Positions 17,142 through 27,117 of a DNA stretch of 64,000 nt are shown piece by piece (within the stretch, counting starts at the first letter, position 1; each line of letters begins with the position of its first letter). The stretch comes from Chloroflexota bacterium (GTDB taxonomy: Bacteria > Chloroflexota > UBA11872 > UBA12225 > JAJDUF01). The stretch spans positions 917,099 through 981,098 of the forward strand of contig OZ243944.1 in assembly GCA_965214295.1 (NCBI GenBank), read 5' to 3'. A program made the translations under genes and the position numbers. A model generated the notes under the pieces. The model saw only the letters and a list, made by a program, of their open reading frames with translations, had not been told where the DNA came from and ran no database searches.

Positions 17142-17249
17142 CCCTTTCCAAAGTCGCCGCCAAACCTGTCATTCTGAGCGGAGAGAAGAATCTCGGCCAC
17201 AGGAGAGCGACCCCTCGCTCCGCTCAGGGTGATATATGGAAAGGCCCTG
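17142..17249. mobile_element. ~108-bp MITE-like palindromic element, copy 1
   Basis: Near-identical to 38111..38221. Terminal inverted repeats (CCTTTCCA...TGGAAAGG) and a long internal hairpin CTGAGCGGAG.GAAG...CTTCGCT.CGCTCAG. Confidence 0.75.
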
Positions 17250-17389
17250 CGCGGCCTGAACCTACCCTTGTCGGTGGGTACCCAGACGGTTATGCTCCTA
17301 GGAAGGGCGAGTCTCAGTACCGACCGGTGATGTACGGTTGGCTGGCTATGGGTACACGGGGAGTGAACCTACGTAAGGAGGATAGACGT

Positions 17390-18133
17390 ATGTTTGAACC
17401 GTTCACCGCTGAAGCCTTACGCACTGTGCTACGCGCGCGAGCTGAAGCAGAGTCCCTTAACCATCACTGGATGGGGACGGAGCATGTCCTGCTTGCGCTG
17501 ACTAAGCCCTACCCGGACGATATGGTAGCAGCCCGGCAAATCCTCCGGCAGATTGGTGTAGCAGATGCAGCCATTCGCAGTGAAGTCCTTGAGATCATTC
17601 CGCCCAACGAGGCATCCGGCGAGGCTGGGGAGCCGCAGCCCACGCCGCGGTTGCGGTACGTGCTCAGGCGGTCGGTACAGCTGGCGGCGGCCATCGGCCA
17701 TACGCACGTCGGGACCGAGCACCTCCTGCTGGGACTCCTGTGGGAGCGGGGGGGAATTGCCGGCCAGATTCTGCGCCGTCACGGCGTTGCTTTCGAGCCG
17801 CTCCTGGAGCGCGTTCGCCGGCGGCAACGAACCGACGAAACCGTCCCGCCGGAGCGGCAGTGGCCGCTGGTTCCCGTCACCTCGGGCGCGGCACGTATTC
17901 CTGAGCTGGCGCACCAGCAGGCGGTGCATAATGGGGCAGCCGGTCGCGTGGGCACGCAGCACCACTTGCTGGCCTTGATGGCAGAGTCGGACGGCCTCGC
18001 CGCCAAGGCGCTCGAATCATTCGGGATTACGTATGACGTGCTCAAGGAGCGGCTGGCGGAGATCGGTGTGGCCGGCACCGCCGATGCCCCGGAGCGGCTA
18101 CAGGTGCCGGGGGTGAGCATGGAGAGGGGCTAG
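17390..18133 (+). CDS. stand-alone Clp N-terminal (Clp_R) repeat protein
   Basis: AAGGAGG before ATG 17390. Three GTEHxLLAL-type Clp_N repeats (GTEHVLLAL, GTEHLLLGL, GTQHHLLAL). No AAA+ module. Confidence 0.8.
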   Translation: MFEPFTAEALRTVLRARAEAESLNHHWMGTEHVLLALTKPYPDDMVAARQILRQIGVADAAIRSEVLEIIPPNEASGEAGEPQPTPRLRYVLRRSVQLAAAIGHTHVGTEHLLLGLLWERGGIAGQILRRHGVAFEPLLERVRRRQRTDETVPPERQWPLVPVTSGAARIPELAHQQAVHNGAAGRVGTQHHLLALMAESDGLAAKALESFGITYDVLKERLAEIGVAGTADAPERLQVPGVSMERG

Positions 18134-18213
18134 GACTAGGCTCCGTTCTCGCTGGCGTGGGCGGCGACGGCGACCGTTACCTTGGTTGCCACGGCAACCG
18201 CTCGGTATAGTGG

Positions 18214-18591
18214 TCACCTGTCTTTGTAGACCGCGACAAGCTGCTCCGCTTGCTCCTGCAAGAGGCCGTGGAGGTCGAAGCGGAGGCTGATGCTGGCGAA
18301 ATCGGCCAGGTGATCGGGGTGTCGTGCTCCTTCGATGGCGACCTCGGCCCGTTGCAGCGGGAAGCCATCCTCTGCGGCGCGGCCCTCGACCAGGAGCGCC
18401 CCACACGCCGAGATACCGGCCAGGAACGACTCCGCCGGGGTCAGCGCCTCGGCGGGGCCGCCGGCGTGCCCGGCGTGGTCAATCACGAAATGGTTGGTCC
18501 GGGCGCTATTCAGCGACCGGCCGGGGATGCCGCTGGTCACCGACCGAACCCGATTGATCTGCATGCCAGTACTCATCCGGCTACCTGCCAT
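18214..18591 (-). CDS. OsmC/Ohr-family protein
   Basis: 125 aa. ...PAESFLAGISACGALLVEG... resembles the OsmC peroxiredoxin-like fold. Confidence 0.72.
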   Translation of the reverse strand: MAGSRMSTGMQINRVRSVTSGIPGRSLNSARTNHFVIDHAGHAGGPAEALTPAESFLAGISACGALLVEGRAAEDGFPLQRAEVAIEGARHPDHLADFASISLRFDLHGLLQEQAEQLVAVYKDR

Positions 18592-18714
18592 TCGCCATCC
18601 GGCGCCTCATACGCCTCACAGATCCGCTGGCTCATTCCCTTATTCCCTCCCACGCCGGCCGTCCAGTCTAGTGAGCAGTGTGGCGCCGTCGCTGTGGTGG
18701 CGCCCCGTCGGTTC

Positions 18715-18885
18715 CTAGCCCCAGAGGCGCAACAGTGCCGCCAATACGGTCAAGCCGGCCAGCATCACGCCGGCGAGGGTCCACGTCATTAGCCGGAGCT
18801 GGCGCTCGAAATCCGCCCGTAGCTGTGCCATATCAGCTCGTAGCCGCTCGCTGTCAGTCTGCAGGTCCGCAAAGCCTGCGTGCAT
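18715..18885 (-). CDS. small tail-anchored coiled-coil protein (56 aa, below track threshold)
   Basis: My translation: MHAGFADLQTDSERLRADMAQLRADFERQLRLMTWTLAGVMLAGLTVLAALLRLWG. ATG lies 1 nt after the stop of the upstream small ORF. Confidence 0.3.
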   Translation of the reverse strand: MHAGFADLQTDSERLRADMAQLRADFERQLRLMTWTLAGVMLAGLTVLAALLRLWG

Positions 18886-18886
18886 C

Positions 18887-19069
18887 TCAGTCCGCAGGTC
18901 TGCAACGTCCGCCTTCCGCCTTGGTGGCGAAGTGCAGTAGCTGGCCCTCTATGCGCCCTAGCCGGTCATGAATCTCGGTCAGCAGCGCGGCATCCACTAC
19001 CGGCATCTCCGGTGCCGGTGCCGTCTCGGTCGTCATTCCTGCCCTCCTCCCTTGCGGCGGCGGCTCCAC
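18887..19069 (-). CDS. small hypothetical protein (60 aa)
   Basis: ORF track only. Possibly coupled with, or a frameshifted N-terminal part of, 18715..18885. Confidence 0.3.
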   Translation of the reverse strand: MEPPPQGRRAGMTTETAPAPEMPVVDAALLTEIHDRLGRIEGQLLHFATKAEGGRCRPAD

Positions 19070-19108
19070 GTTCGGCAGCGCATTGCAGGGCCAGTGTCAC
19101 TGCTGTTT

Positions 19109-19321
19109 TTACTTTGGCAGCCAGCGGCGCAAATACTTTGTGACTACTACATGATAACCGAGAGCGGAAACTGCCCCCGTTCCTCCAAACGTCAGGGCTA
19201 CGTCTATAAAGGCGGTCACTGGATCACTTGCCTCAATCATACCGCCTGTAGCCCCCCAGAAGATCCAACCCAGAACGGCGCCAAACAAGAAGCCTACGAC
19301 GATAGCGGTTATCTGAGCCAT
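19109..19321 (-). CDS. small hypothetical membrane protein (70 aa)
   Basis: Two hydrophobic segments (ITAIVVGFLFGAVLGWIFWG; ALTFGGTGAVSALGY). No known family. Confidence 0.4.
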   Translation of the reverse strand: MAQITAIVVGFLFGAVLGWIFWGATGGMIEASDPVTAFIDVALTFGGTGAVSALGYHVVVTKYLRRWLPK

Positions 19322-19922
19322 AGGCTACTCCTTTACCGAGAGGACTGCTTGGCGCCTGCTGTGGATTCCCGCTTGCGCGGGAATGACGGATGGGAGGTAT
19401 TTTATAGCAATGACGGGGAAGTGCCAACAGAGCCTAGCCCGTAGCCCAGTCCATAGCAAGGAGCCTGGGCCGTCAGCGCCGGGCAGAGACGTGCAGCGGC
19501 GGCCCTGGGGCGGGTTGGTCAGGATCAGGAGGGCACGAGGCTGGCTACGGCTTGACCGGCAAGAGCCGCGCTGGTCGTGAGACCAAGCCAGTAGATGCTT
19601 GAGGTCACTCGTCCCGGTGGTAGTCCTACCGGCCGGGACCGACCATCGCTCGTACCGAGCGAGCGCACGCGCTGGTGCCGCCACCGTGCCCAGATAAGCG
19701 CTCCGGCACAGCCGGCGGCAATCACCAAACGAATCGCGGCCTGCAACTCCATTGCGTCTCCCCGTGCGACGTTGCGAGTGAGATGTGGCGGAGACATCGG
19801 GGATGCCTCGTGTCATCAGCCGTACCGGGCATCGCCATGCACCGCGGAGTAGATGCAGTGAAAAGAACGATTCGGGCCGAGATGGAGTCGCAGCGGCAGG
19901 ACGCGCCGCGCCGCAAGGCCCG

Positions 19923-20531
19923 CTAGGTCGTGAGGCTGCCCTTGGTGCTCGGTACCTGAGCCGAGCGCCGGGGATCGATTTGGGTGGCCATATCCAGCAC
20001 GCGGGCCAATGCCTTGAAGACCGCCTCCAGCCGGTGGTGGTCATTCTGTCCGGCCAATACCCGTACGTGGAGCGTGAAGCGCCCGGCTTGCGCCAGCGAT
20101 TCCAGGAAGTGCCGCCACAGGTCGGAGTCGATGTTGCCGGTGGCCGGGCCGCGTAGCCCCAGGTCGCAGACCGCATAGCCCCGGCCACTGAGGTCCACGG
20201 CGACCTGGGCAAGGGACTCATCCAGCGGGACGAGCGCATCGGCCATGCGTCTGATACCGAGGTGTGCTCCGAGCGCCTCGTGGAAGGCTTGACCGAGCGT
20301 GAGGGCCACGTCCTCGACAGTGTGGTGGGCGTCAACTTCCAAATCCCCACGCGCACGCACAGTCAGGTCGAACAGGCCGTGGCGGCCAAGCTGGGCCAGC
20401 ATGTGATCGAGAAACGGCAAGCCCGTCTCCGCCGTCACTGCGCCGCTCCCGTCGAGGCACAGTGCGACCCGGACATCGGTCTCGGCAGTTGTGCGGTGGA
20501 CCGCAGCGGTCCGTACTCCCTGATCGTCCAT
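19923..20531 (-). CDS. hisB: imidazoleglycerol-phosphate dehydratase
   Basis: [20 protein letters not shown]...[14 protein letters not shown]...[14 protein letters not shown] are IGPD signatures. The longer ORF to 20861 is not supported. Confidence 0.93.
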   Translation of the reverse strand: MDDQGVRTAAVHRTTAETDVRVALCLDGSGAVTAETGLPFLDHMLAQLGRHGLFDLTVRARGDLEVDAHHTVEDVALTLGQAFHEALGAHLGIRRMADALVPLDESLAQVAVDLSGRGYAVCDLGLRGPATGNIDSDLWRHFLESLAQAGRFTLHVRVLAGQNDHHRLEAVFKALARVLDMATQIDPRRSAQVPSTKGSLTT

Positions 20532-20566
20532 GTAGCTCTTACCTGCTCGATACCCGCACCGAGGAC

Positions 20567-21175
20567 CTACCCTTGTCGCTGTTCCCGGCTTGCCGTTAGC
20601 CGGTACACATGAATCATACGCTGGATGACGGTGTATTGGGAAAGTACCACGAGGACAATCAGACTGACTATGGGGACGGGACTGGGCAACAGCAGGCCCA
20701 CGCCGAGCACCACCATCCGCTCCGGCCGCTGGAACCAGCCGACCTTGCACTCCAGCCCCAGGCCCTCGGCGCGCGCGCGCGCATAGCTCACCATCAGGGA
20801 GCCGAGCAGCGAGAGGTAGCAGAGGACGGCGCCCAGCCAGTGATCGGTGCGCGTAAACCACACCAGCAAACCGCAGAACAGCAGGGCCTCCGAATAGCGG
20901 TCCAGCGTCGAGTCGAAGAATGCGCCGAAGCGGGTCTCGCGGCCGGCGACCCGCGCCAAGGCACCGTCGAAGAGGTCAAAGGCACTGGCGACGAGCACGG
21001 CAAGACCACCGGGCACGAGCCAGCCGAGCGCCAGGATGGCCCCGGCCCCGGCGTTGAGGAGCAGGCCGGCGACAGTGAGGTGGTTGGGAGAGACACCCCA
21101 GCGGGCCAGCGGGCCGACGGCTCGCTCGGCTGCCGCGCGGGTCCGCCGTTGGATTGCCGGCCGCCACCCGGTCAT
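20567..21175 (-). CDS. CDP-alcohol phosphatidyltransferase (phosphatidylinositol-phosphate synthase-like)
   Basis: Exact DG(x)2AR(x)8G(x)3D(x)3D motif: [23 protein letters not shown]. Adjacent to PimA-like GT and acyltransferases. Confidence 0.88.
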   Translation of the reverse strand: MTGWRPAIQRRTRAAAERAVGPLARWGVSPNHLTVAGLLLNAGAGAILALGWLVPGGLAVLVASAFDLFDGALARVAGRETRFGAFFDSTLDRYSEALLFCGLLVWFTRTDHWLGAVLCYLSLLGSLMVSYARARAEGLGLECKVGWFQRPERMVVLGVGLLLPSPVPIVSLIVLVVLSQYTVIQRMIHVYRLTASREQRQG

Positions 21176-21197
21176 GTCGTCTTCTTCTCCGGTGCCG

Positions 21198-22448
21198 TCA
21201 CGCGGTTGGCGACATGTGACGACGCCAGGGCTGCACTAGATGCCGACTTCCGCCGGAATGACGGGGGGGAGTGCAGTCCTGGGAGGTCATGGGCAAGGCC
21301 GTGTGCGGCAGGAGACGGCGCGGTTGCTGCCGTGCGATGGTTTCCGCATAGAAGTCGAGCAGCTGCCGCGCGACGATGGGCCAGCCGTACCCTTGCGCTC
21401 GCGCCAGTGCCCGCCGCCCCATCTCCTGGCGCAACGCTGGGTCGCTGAACAAGCGGACAATGGCTACGGCCAGCGCAGCCGGACTCTTTGGGGGCACCAG
21501 TAGCCCCTCAAAACCGTGGCGCAAGACGGCCCGATACCCGTCAATGTCGGAGGCAATGACCGGCTTGCCGGCCGCCATGGCCTCCAACAGGACGATCCCT
21601 TGACTTTCCCGACCGAGCGCCGGAGACACGAAGAGGTCGCACAACTGGTAGTAGCGAAGCTTGTCTTCCGTGGAAACAAAGCCCTTGAAGACGACATCGT
21701 GCAGGCCAAGCTCCGCGACGATCTGCCGATACTCTCGCATGTCTTCTTCGTCGAAGGCACCCACCACGATCAGGCGTAGCGCCGGGAAGTGGTGCTGCAC
21801 GTAGGGCAGCGCACGGAGCAGGTAGACCAGCCCCTTCCGTTTTTCCAATCGGCCCACAAAGAGCATCGTGAGCTTGCCGTCGTTCAACTCCGGAAAGAGC
21901 GGCCGCTGCACGCGAAACGCATCCACGTCAACACCGTTCGGAATAATCCGATAGTCGCCGGGGAAGTAGTGACTCACGAAGTCCCGCGCGGCATTGGAGA
22001 CGCAAATACGGCCGTGAATACGCCGGATGTAGCGTTTCAGGAGGGGACGCCCATAGTAATACCCGAAATACTTCCGGCGACTGGCATGGAAGGTGCCGAC
22101 GTTGACCGAGTGCGAGCGCCGCAGCACGGTGGGAGACAGCGCCGGCACCAGCGGCTCGTGCAGATGGATCACGTCGAAGTTCTCGGTCTCGAGGATACGC
22201 TTGACGGCACGTGACAGGTTCAGCGAGAGGGTGATGCGGGCAATAGACTGGTTGGCCGGAACACCGATGATGCGCTTGCCGACGCGGTACACATGCTGCA
22301 TCCGCTCCTCAACGTCGTCATGGGAGGAGGGCGCCAGGATACGCACCTCATGCCCGGCCCGCTCGAAGTGGTAGTTCAGGTACGAGATGTGCTCGGTGAT
22401 CCCACCCGGATAGGGGTAGTCATACGGCGACACAAGCGCAATCTTCAT
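21198..22448 (-). CDS. GT4 glycosyltransferase, PimA-like (phosphatidylinositol mannosyltransferase-like)
   Basis: MKIALVSPYDYPYPGGITEHISYL...GHEVRILAPSS resembles the PimA N-terminus. The C-terminal ~25 codons run through a hairpin repeat. Confidence 0.9.
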   Translation of the reverse strand: MKIALVSPYDYPYPGGITEHISYLNYHFERAGHEVRILAPSSHDDVEERMQHVYRVGKRIIGVPANQSIARITLSLNLSRAVKRILETENFDVIHLHEPLVPALSPTVLRRSHSVNVGTFHASRRKYFGYYYGRPLLKRYIRRIHGRICVSNAARDFVSHYFPGDYRIIPNGVDVDAFRVQRPLFPELNDGKLTMLFVGRLEKRKGLVYLLRALPYVQHHFPALRLIVVGAFDEEDMREYRQIVAELGLHDVVFKGFVSTEDKLRYYQLCDLFVSPALGRESQGIVLLEAMAAGKPVIASDIDGYRAVLRHGFEGLLVPPKSPAALAVAIVRLFSDPALRQEMGRRALARAQGYGWPIVARQLLDFYAETIARQQPRRLLPHTALPMTSQDCTPPRHSGGSRHLVQPWRRHMSPTA

Positions 22449-22709
22449 CGCTCGCCCGGACCTCGCCGGTCATTCCCGCGTTTCACGGTATCTCTTGCTG
22501 TGCCACTCACTGCGTCAACTCTCGCGCCCGCACATTTCCGTGTCATATGGTGATCGCTGGACACGCTCATGTCAACCAACACGGTCGGGCGACGGGAGGA
22601 GGGGATGGCTGCCGCCGCGTCCGGCCCCCCGGATTCCCCGGGCAGGCAGGCCGTCCCCCCGGCCGGCCGACGACATCCGTCGTCCGGTTGCAGAGCGGTT
22701 GCGAGGCGC

Positions 22710-23627
22710 TCAGAACTCGTCGGCTGAACTGCGACCCGCTGGTCCCGGTACATGCTCCGCGTTGGCTGGCCGGGGCCAGACCGGGTGAAAGAGTACCCAT
22801 TGCGTCGGGTCTCGTCTGATCGCAGCCTCAAGCGACGCGGCGACGCTCTGCATGATAGCAAGGATACGCTGTTCGGCGCCGCCCGTTGTCGGTACGTGGA
22901 TGGGCTGCTCCGCCCAGGCAGCGTACCGGCCGCCCGGGCGGCGATGCACGAAACAGGGGACAAGCGGTGCTCCCGTGCGGAGGTGGAGCACCGCTGGCGC
23001 TGCCGGGAGCCGGGTCTCGCGGTCGAAGAACCGGACCGGGACTCCGTTACCCCGCTGATCCCAGTCGTTGATGAGGGTGACGATCCCTCCCTGACGCAAG
23101 GTCCGGAGCGCCGGTCGCAACGCCGCTTCGGCCGGTACCAGGGTCAGGCCATGGCGCGCCCGGAGCGCCGAGACGTATCGGAAGAGACGCGGCGGCCGGA
23201 GTTGCTCGACGGGAACAAGAGCACGGTGCCCACGCAAGGCCAGTATTTGGCCTACCACGTCGAGGTTACCGATATGACCGCTGACGATAAGCACGCCGCG
23301 TCCGGCCGCGTGTACCTGCCGGAGATGCTCATAGCCCGACACCTCGATACGTCGGAGCAGGGCAGCAGGCGGCAGCCGCCCAAGCTGCAAGAGGTCTACG
23401 TAGTTCAGCGCCTGGTACGTGAGCGCACCGCGGGCCGCTGCGCGAACGACCGGGTCCGCGGCCGGGCGGCCGTGGACAACCGCCTGGTTCGCTGCAGCCA
23501 CGCGGAATCCGCTGGCGCTGGCGCCGGCCAAGAGCGACGCAAAGGCCCGAGCACCGGCATACGCAAGCGATCGGGGCAACCACGGGGCAAGGGTCATCCC
23601 CAAGCGAAAGAGCGTTGTCGTTATCAC
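22710..23627 (-). CDS. lipid A biosynthesis (HtrB/LpxL)-family lysophospholipid acyltransferase
   Basis: HX4D as SGHIGNLD. Size and pattern fit PF03279-type acyltransferases. Confidence 0.85.
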   Translation of the reverse strand: MITTTLFRLGMTLAPWLPRSLAYAGARAFASLLAGASASGFRVAAANQAVVHGRPAADPVVRAAARGALTYQALNYVDLLQLGRLPPAALLRRIEVSGYEHLRQVHAAGRGVLIVSGHIGNLDVVGQILALRGHRALVPVEQLRPPRLFRYVSALRARHGLTLVPAEAALRPALRTLRQGGIVTLINDWDQRGNGVPVRFFDRETRLPAAPAVLHLRTGAPLVPCFVHRRPGGRYAAWAEQPIHVPTTGGAEQRILAIMQSVAASLEAAIRRDPTQWVLFHPVWPRPANAEHVPGPAGRSSADEF

Positions 23628-23933
23628 GGCCGCCTACTCATCCTCCCGATCCACTAGGACAACGCACGCGGATGAGGCTGCCCGCCAACCTGCCAGCGCC
23701 AGAGTATAACGCGCCAGGAGGGGCCGATAATGGCGCTGGGCGTGGTGGCGGCGCAGCAGTGTGGTCCTCCCTAGAGCGCGGCGATGCCTGGATTGGCCGG
23801 GCGGCTCACCTCGACGGCTAACTGCCCCAGGGCAACGACACCTACCTGACGGCGATCCTCACCCTGGGGCCCGCTCCCGCGGGGAGAGGGAACGTCCACC
23901 GTAGGGGCACAGTAGGCTGTAGCTCGGCTCCCG

Positions 23934-24809
23934 TCATGTCCCTGGCACGGGCCACATGCGGCGGAACATATACCACTGATCCGGGTGGAGGCGAATGATC
24001 TGCTCCAGCGACTCGACGATGCGCTGCATATTGCGCCGCAGATCGCCGTCACGGTCGTCGGTCGTCTCACAGCGGATCGGCGGCGCCACCAGGCCGGAGT
24101 ACGTATTGTCGGGATTGCGCCAGCAGCCGCCAGGCAGAACCAAGGCACCAGACTTCATGGCAAGCGCCGCAGCGCCGCTCGGCCACCGGGTATTCCGGCC
24201 GAAAAGGCGTACCGGCACACCGCTTCCCTGCTCGTGTACCGGGCGATCAATAACGAGCGCCACGATCTCGTTGCGTCGCAGCGCCCGGAGCACCCGCCGG
24301 GCGGCGTGCTCCATGGGGATGGTGGCCATCCCGTGATCGGTGCGCGTCCCCTGCACCAGTGCATCCAAGCGGGGATGCGGAAAGGTCTCCACAACGACCG
24401 ACACCGGATGACGCCCGGCAACAACTGCCCCGGCAATGTCCCAGTTGCCGAAGTGCGCCGTGACGAAAATGATGCCCCGGCCGTGCGCCAGCGCCGCTTC
24501 AATGTGCTCCCAGCCGGTCACTCGTCTGACCTTTGTCAGCACGTCAGTCGAGGTGAGCAACGGTAACTGGAGGAACTCCACCACGTACTTCGCATAGTTG
24601 TGAAAGCATTGGCGCGCCACTACCCGTACCTGCCGGTCACCCGGAGGCCGGCCGAGCACTTGGGCGGCATTTTCAATCGTCGAGCGGCTCTTCTCTTGCC
24701 ACAGACGGAACACCAGCTCTCCTGCCAGCACGGCGAGGCGATCACAGGTGGGGACAGGCAACAGGGCCGCGAGGCGCTGGGCCAAGTACATTCCCCAGTA
24801 TTGCCACAT
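23934..24809 (-). CDS. second HtrB/LpxL-family acyltransferase; start uncertain (ORF extends to 24968)
   Basis: HX4D as AHFGNWD. Paralogous organisation to 22710..23627. Confidence 0.8.
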   Translation of the reverse strand: MWQYWGMYLAQRLAALLPVPTCDRLAVLAGELVFRLWQEKSRSTIENAAQVLGRPPGDRQVRVVARQCFHNYAKYVVEFLQLPLLTSTDVLTKVRRVTGWEHIEAALAHGRGIIFVTAHFGNWDIAGAVVAGRHPVSVVVETFPHPRLDALVQGTRTDHGMATIPMEHAARRVLRALRRNEIVALVIDRPVHEQGSGVPVRLFGRNTRWPSGAAALAMKSGALVLPGGCWRNPDNTYSGLVAPPIRCETTDDRDGDLRRNMQRIVESLEQIIRLHPDQWYMFRRMWPVPGT

Positions 24810-25059
24810 AGTACTTGCCTTGATGCACGCCAGGGCCGGTGACAGGCGGCGGAGCGCAGCCGGCCACCGGCCCAGCAATGCCGATACTGCTCCAAGGATA
24901 GCAAAGCCGCCGAGTGACGGGCCACAGCGGGCAGCGTCGCTAGTACACGCTATAATCCCTGTGACCAACGCCGGACCCGGCCGAAAGCAGGCTCGCTGCC
25001 GCGTAACCGTGCGATGTGACTAGCAGCATACCAAGCAAACAAGACTGAGAGGTTGGTGG

Positions 25060-26232
25060 ATGCGTACTGCGGAGCAGGCCAAAGCCACAACGCAAATCGC
25101 CCGGGGACTGGAAGGGGTGTTCGCGGCAGCTACACACATCGCTGAGGTTGATGGCGCCAATGGGCGGCTCACCTTGCGGGGCTACGATATTCGTGAGCTG
25201 ATCGGCCGAGTTACGTTCGAGGAAGTCGCGTATCTGCTCTGGTATGGCCGGCTCCCCAACCACCAGGAATACACAGCGCTCCGCGGCGAAATGAACCGCG
25301 CCCGTGACCTGCCACCAGCGATCATCGCCGCGCTGCGCGAGCTAGCCCCGCATACCGGCGGGATGCACATGCTGCGGATGGCGGCCGCCATGTTATCGCT
25401 CGACGACTCCGACGTGGACAGCTTGGACATCAACGCAAATTTGCGGCGGGCCGCGCGGTTGCAGGCACAGATTCCAGCGCTCATTGCTCACACCTGGCGC
25501 CTCAAGAACGGTCAGGAGCCGGTGCTCGCCAAGCCCGAGCACGGCCTAGCCGCGGGATTCCTGTATATGCTCGAAGGGCAAGAGCCGTCCCAAGCGCGTG
25601 TTGACGCCTTCGATGCCTACTTGGGTGTGATCTCCGAGCACGGCCTCAACGCCTCCACCTTCACCGGCCGGGTGGTGATCTCGACGAACTCGGATATGGT
25701 GTCCGCCTTGACCGCGGCCATCTGCGCGTTGAAAGGGCCGGCACACGGCGGCGTGCCCGGCCCCGTGCTCCACATGCTCGAAGAGATCGGTACCCCCGAT
25801 CGGGCCGAGCAGTGGGTGCGGGCCGAGTTGGCGGCGGGTCGCCGGATCATGGGATTTGGGCACCGGGTCTATAAGGTGCGCGATCCACGTGCCGCGGTGC
25901 TTACCACCGCCGTAGAGCGGGTGGCGGCCGCAACCGGCGAGCGCACCCTGCTCGAATTGACGCAAGCCGTCGAGCAGACTACGGTGAAGGTGCTGGCCGA
26001 GGTGAAACCGGGGCGGGACCTCTACGCCAACGTGGAGCTATACGCCGGACTGATCTTGCATACCGTGGGGATTCCTTCCGAAATCTTCACCCCGATGTTC
26101 GCCATCGGCCGGACCGCTGGGTGGACCGCGCACATGGTCGAGCAGCTTGACGGCAATCGGCTGATGCGGCCACTCGCAGTGTACGTAGGCCCCTATGATC
26201 GCACGTGGCAGCCGATGGACGAGCGCGACTAA
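25060..26232 (+). CDS. citrate synthase / 2-methylcitrate synthase family
   Basis: GFGHRVYKVRDPRA and other citrate synthase signatures. 390 aa. Confidence 0.95.
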   Translation: MRTAEQAKATTQIARGLEGVFAAATHIAEVDGANGRLTLRGYDIRELIGRVTFEEVAYLLWYGRLPNHQEYTALRGEMNRARDLPPAIIAALRELAPHTGGMHMLRMAAAMLSLDDSDVDSLDINANLRRAARLQAQIPALIAHTWRLKNGQEPVLAKPEHGLAAGFLYMLEGQEPSQARVDAFDAYLGVISEHGLNASTFTGRVVISTNSDMVSALTAAICALKGPAHGGVPGPVLHMLEEIGTPDRAEQWVRAELAAGRRIMGFGHRVYKVRDPRAAVLTTAVERVAAATGERTLLELTQAVEQTTVKVLAEVKPGRDLYANVELYAGLILHTVGIPSEIFTPMFAIGRTAGWTAHMVEQLDGNRLMRPLAVYVGPYDRTWQPMDERD

Positions 26233-26321
26233 GCGGCCAAGGGGATAGCTTCGTTGGCCTCACGCCCCAGCCCTCACTCCACATGTGGAACGGGGGAGTC
26301 CGTCCGGAGCAGTGAACCGGT

Positions 26322-26978
26322 ATGACGGCCTCCGATCAAGCTGGCGACGCCGCGCCGCTGGTCCGAACCAGCGTGGCCGGTCCGCTGGATAACAACGTCC
26401 TGCTGGTGGTAGACCGCGCAGCGCGAGCGGCTATGGTGGTTGATCCGGCGCTGGGCGCCACCGCGTCGGTTCTGGCCGCTGCCCGCGAGATCGCGGTCGA
26501 GATCACGCTGATCGTCAACACGCACAGTCACTGGGATCACGTGGCGGACAATGCACCGCTGGCCCAAGTCACCGGAGCGCCAATCGCGATCCATACGGCC
26601 GACGCCGCGCAGTTGTCCCGGCCCATGAGTGCGTTCGGCTCTCTGCCGTGGGCTATTCCGCCGAGCCACGCCGACCGTACACTGACGGAGGGCGATACTG
26701 TGCAGGTCGGCACAACCACCTTTACCGTGCTGCACACACCCGGTCACACGCCGGGGAGTATCTGCCTGTACAGTGCCGCTTGGTCGTTGCTGATCAGTGG
26801 CGATACGCTCTTTGCCGGGTCCTACGGTCGCTATGACCTACCGGGGGGCGATCCCGCTGCGCTGCAGGATAGTCTCGCCCGCTTGGCGGAGCTACCGGCA
26901 GCGACGCAGGTCTATCCGGGCCACGGCGGCACGACCACCATTGGCGCCGAGAGCTGGCTGCCGCTGCCAACGAGATAG
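26322..26978 (+). CDS. MBL-fold metallo-hydrolase (glyoxalase II-like)
   Basis: HSHWDH metal motif and TPGHTPGS. Confidence 0.85.
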   Translation: MTASDQAGDAAPLVRTSVAGPLDNNVLLVVDRAARAAMVVDPALGATASVLAAAREIAVEITLIVNTHSHWDHVADNAPLAQVTGAPIAIHTADAAQLSRPMSAFGSLPWAIPPSHADRTLTEGDTVQVGTTTFTVLHTPGHTPGSICLYSAAWSLLISGDTLFAGSYGRYDLPGGDPAALQDSLARLAELPAATQVYPGHGGTTTIGAESWLPLPTR

Positions 26979-27117
26979 TGCCGACCTTATTGCGCCTGTT
27001 CTTCCGGTTTATCTACCCTTCTATCTTTGTGCGGGCCGGGGGATAGCCACGCTGCTCCGCGCCGTGTGCGCCGTGCGCGCGATGGCTTACCATACAGGTG
27101 CCGGAGGAGGAACGCAG

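Noticed and set aside
18715-19069. Two small minus-strand ORFs that might be one frameshifted tail-anchored coiled-coil gene
   Set aside because: The downstream frame continues the ADLRTE/ADLQTD repeat pattern 8 codons above its ATG, which hints at a frameshift. However, the TGA-N1-ATG junction is equally consistent with two coupled small genes, and neither half has a recognisable family. This cannot be decided from sequence alone.
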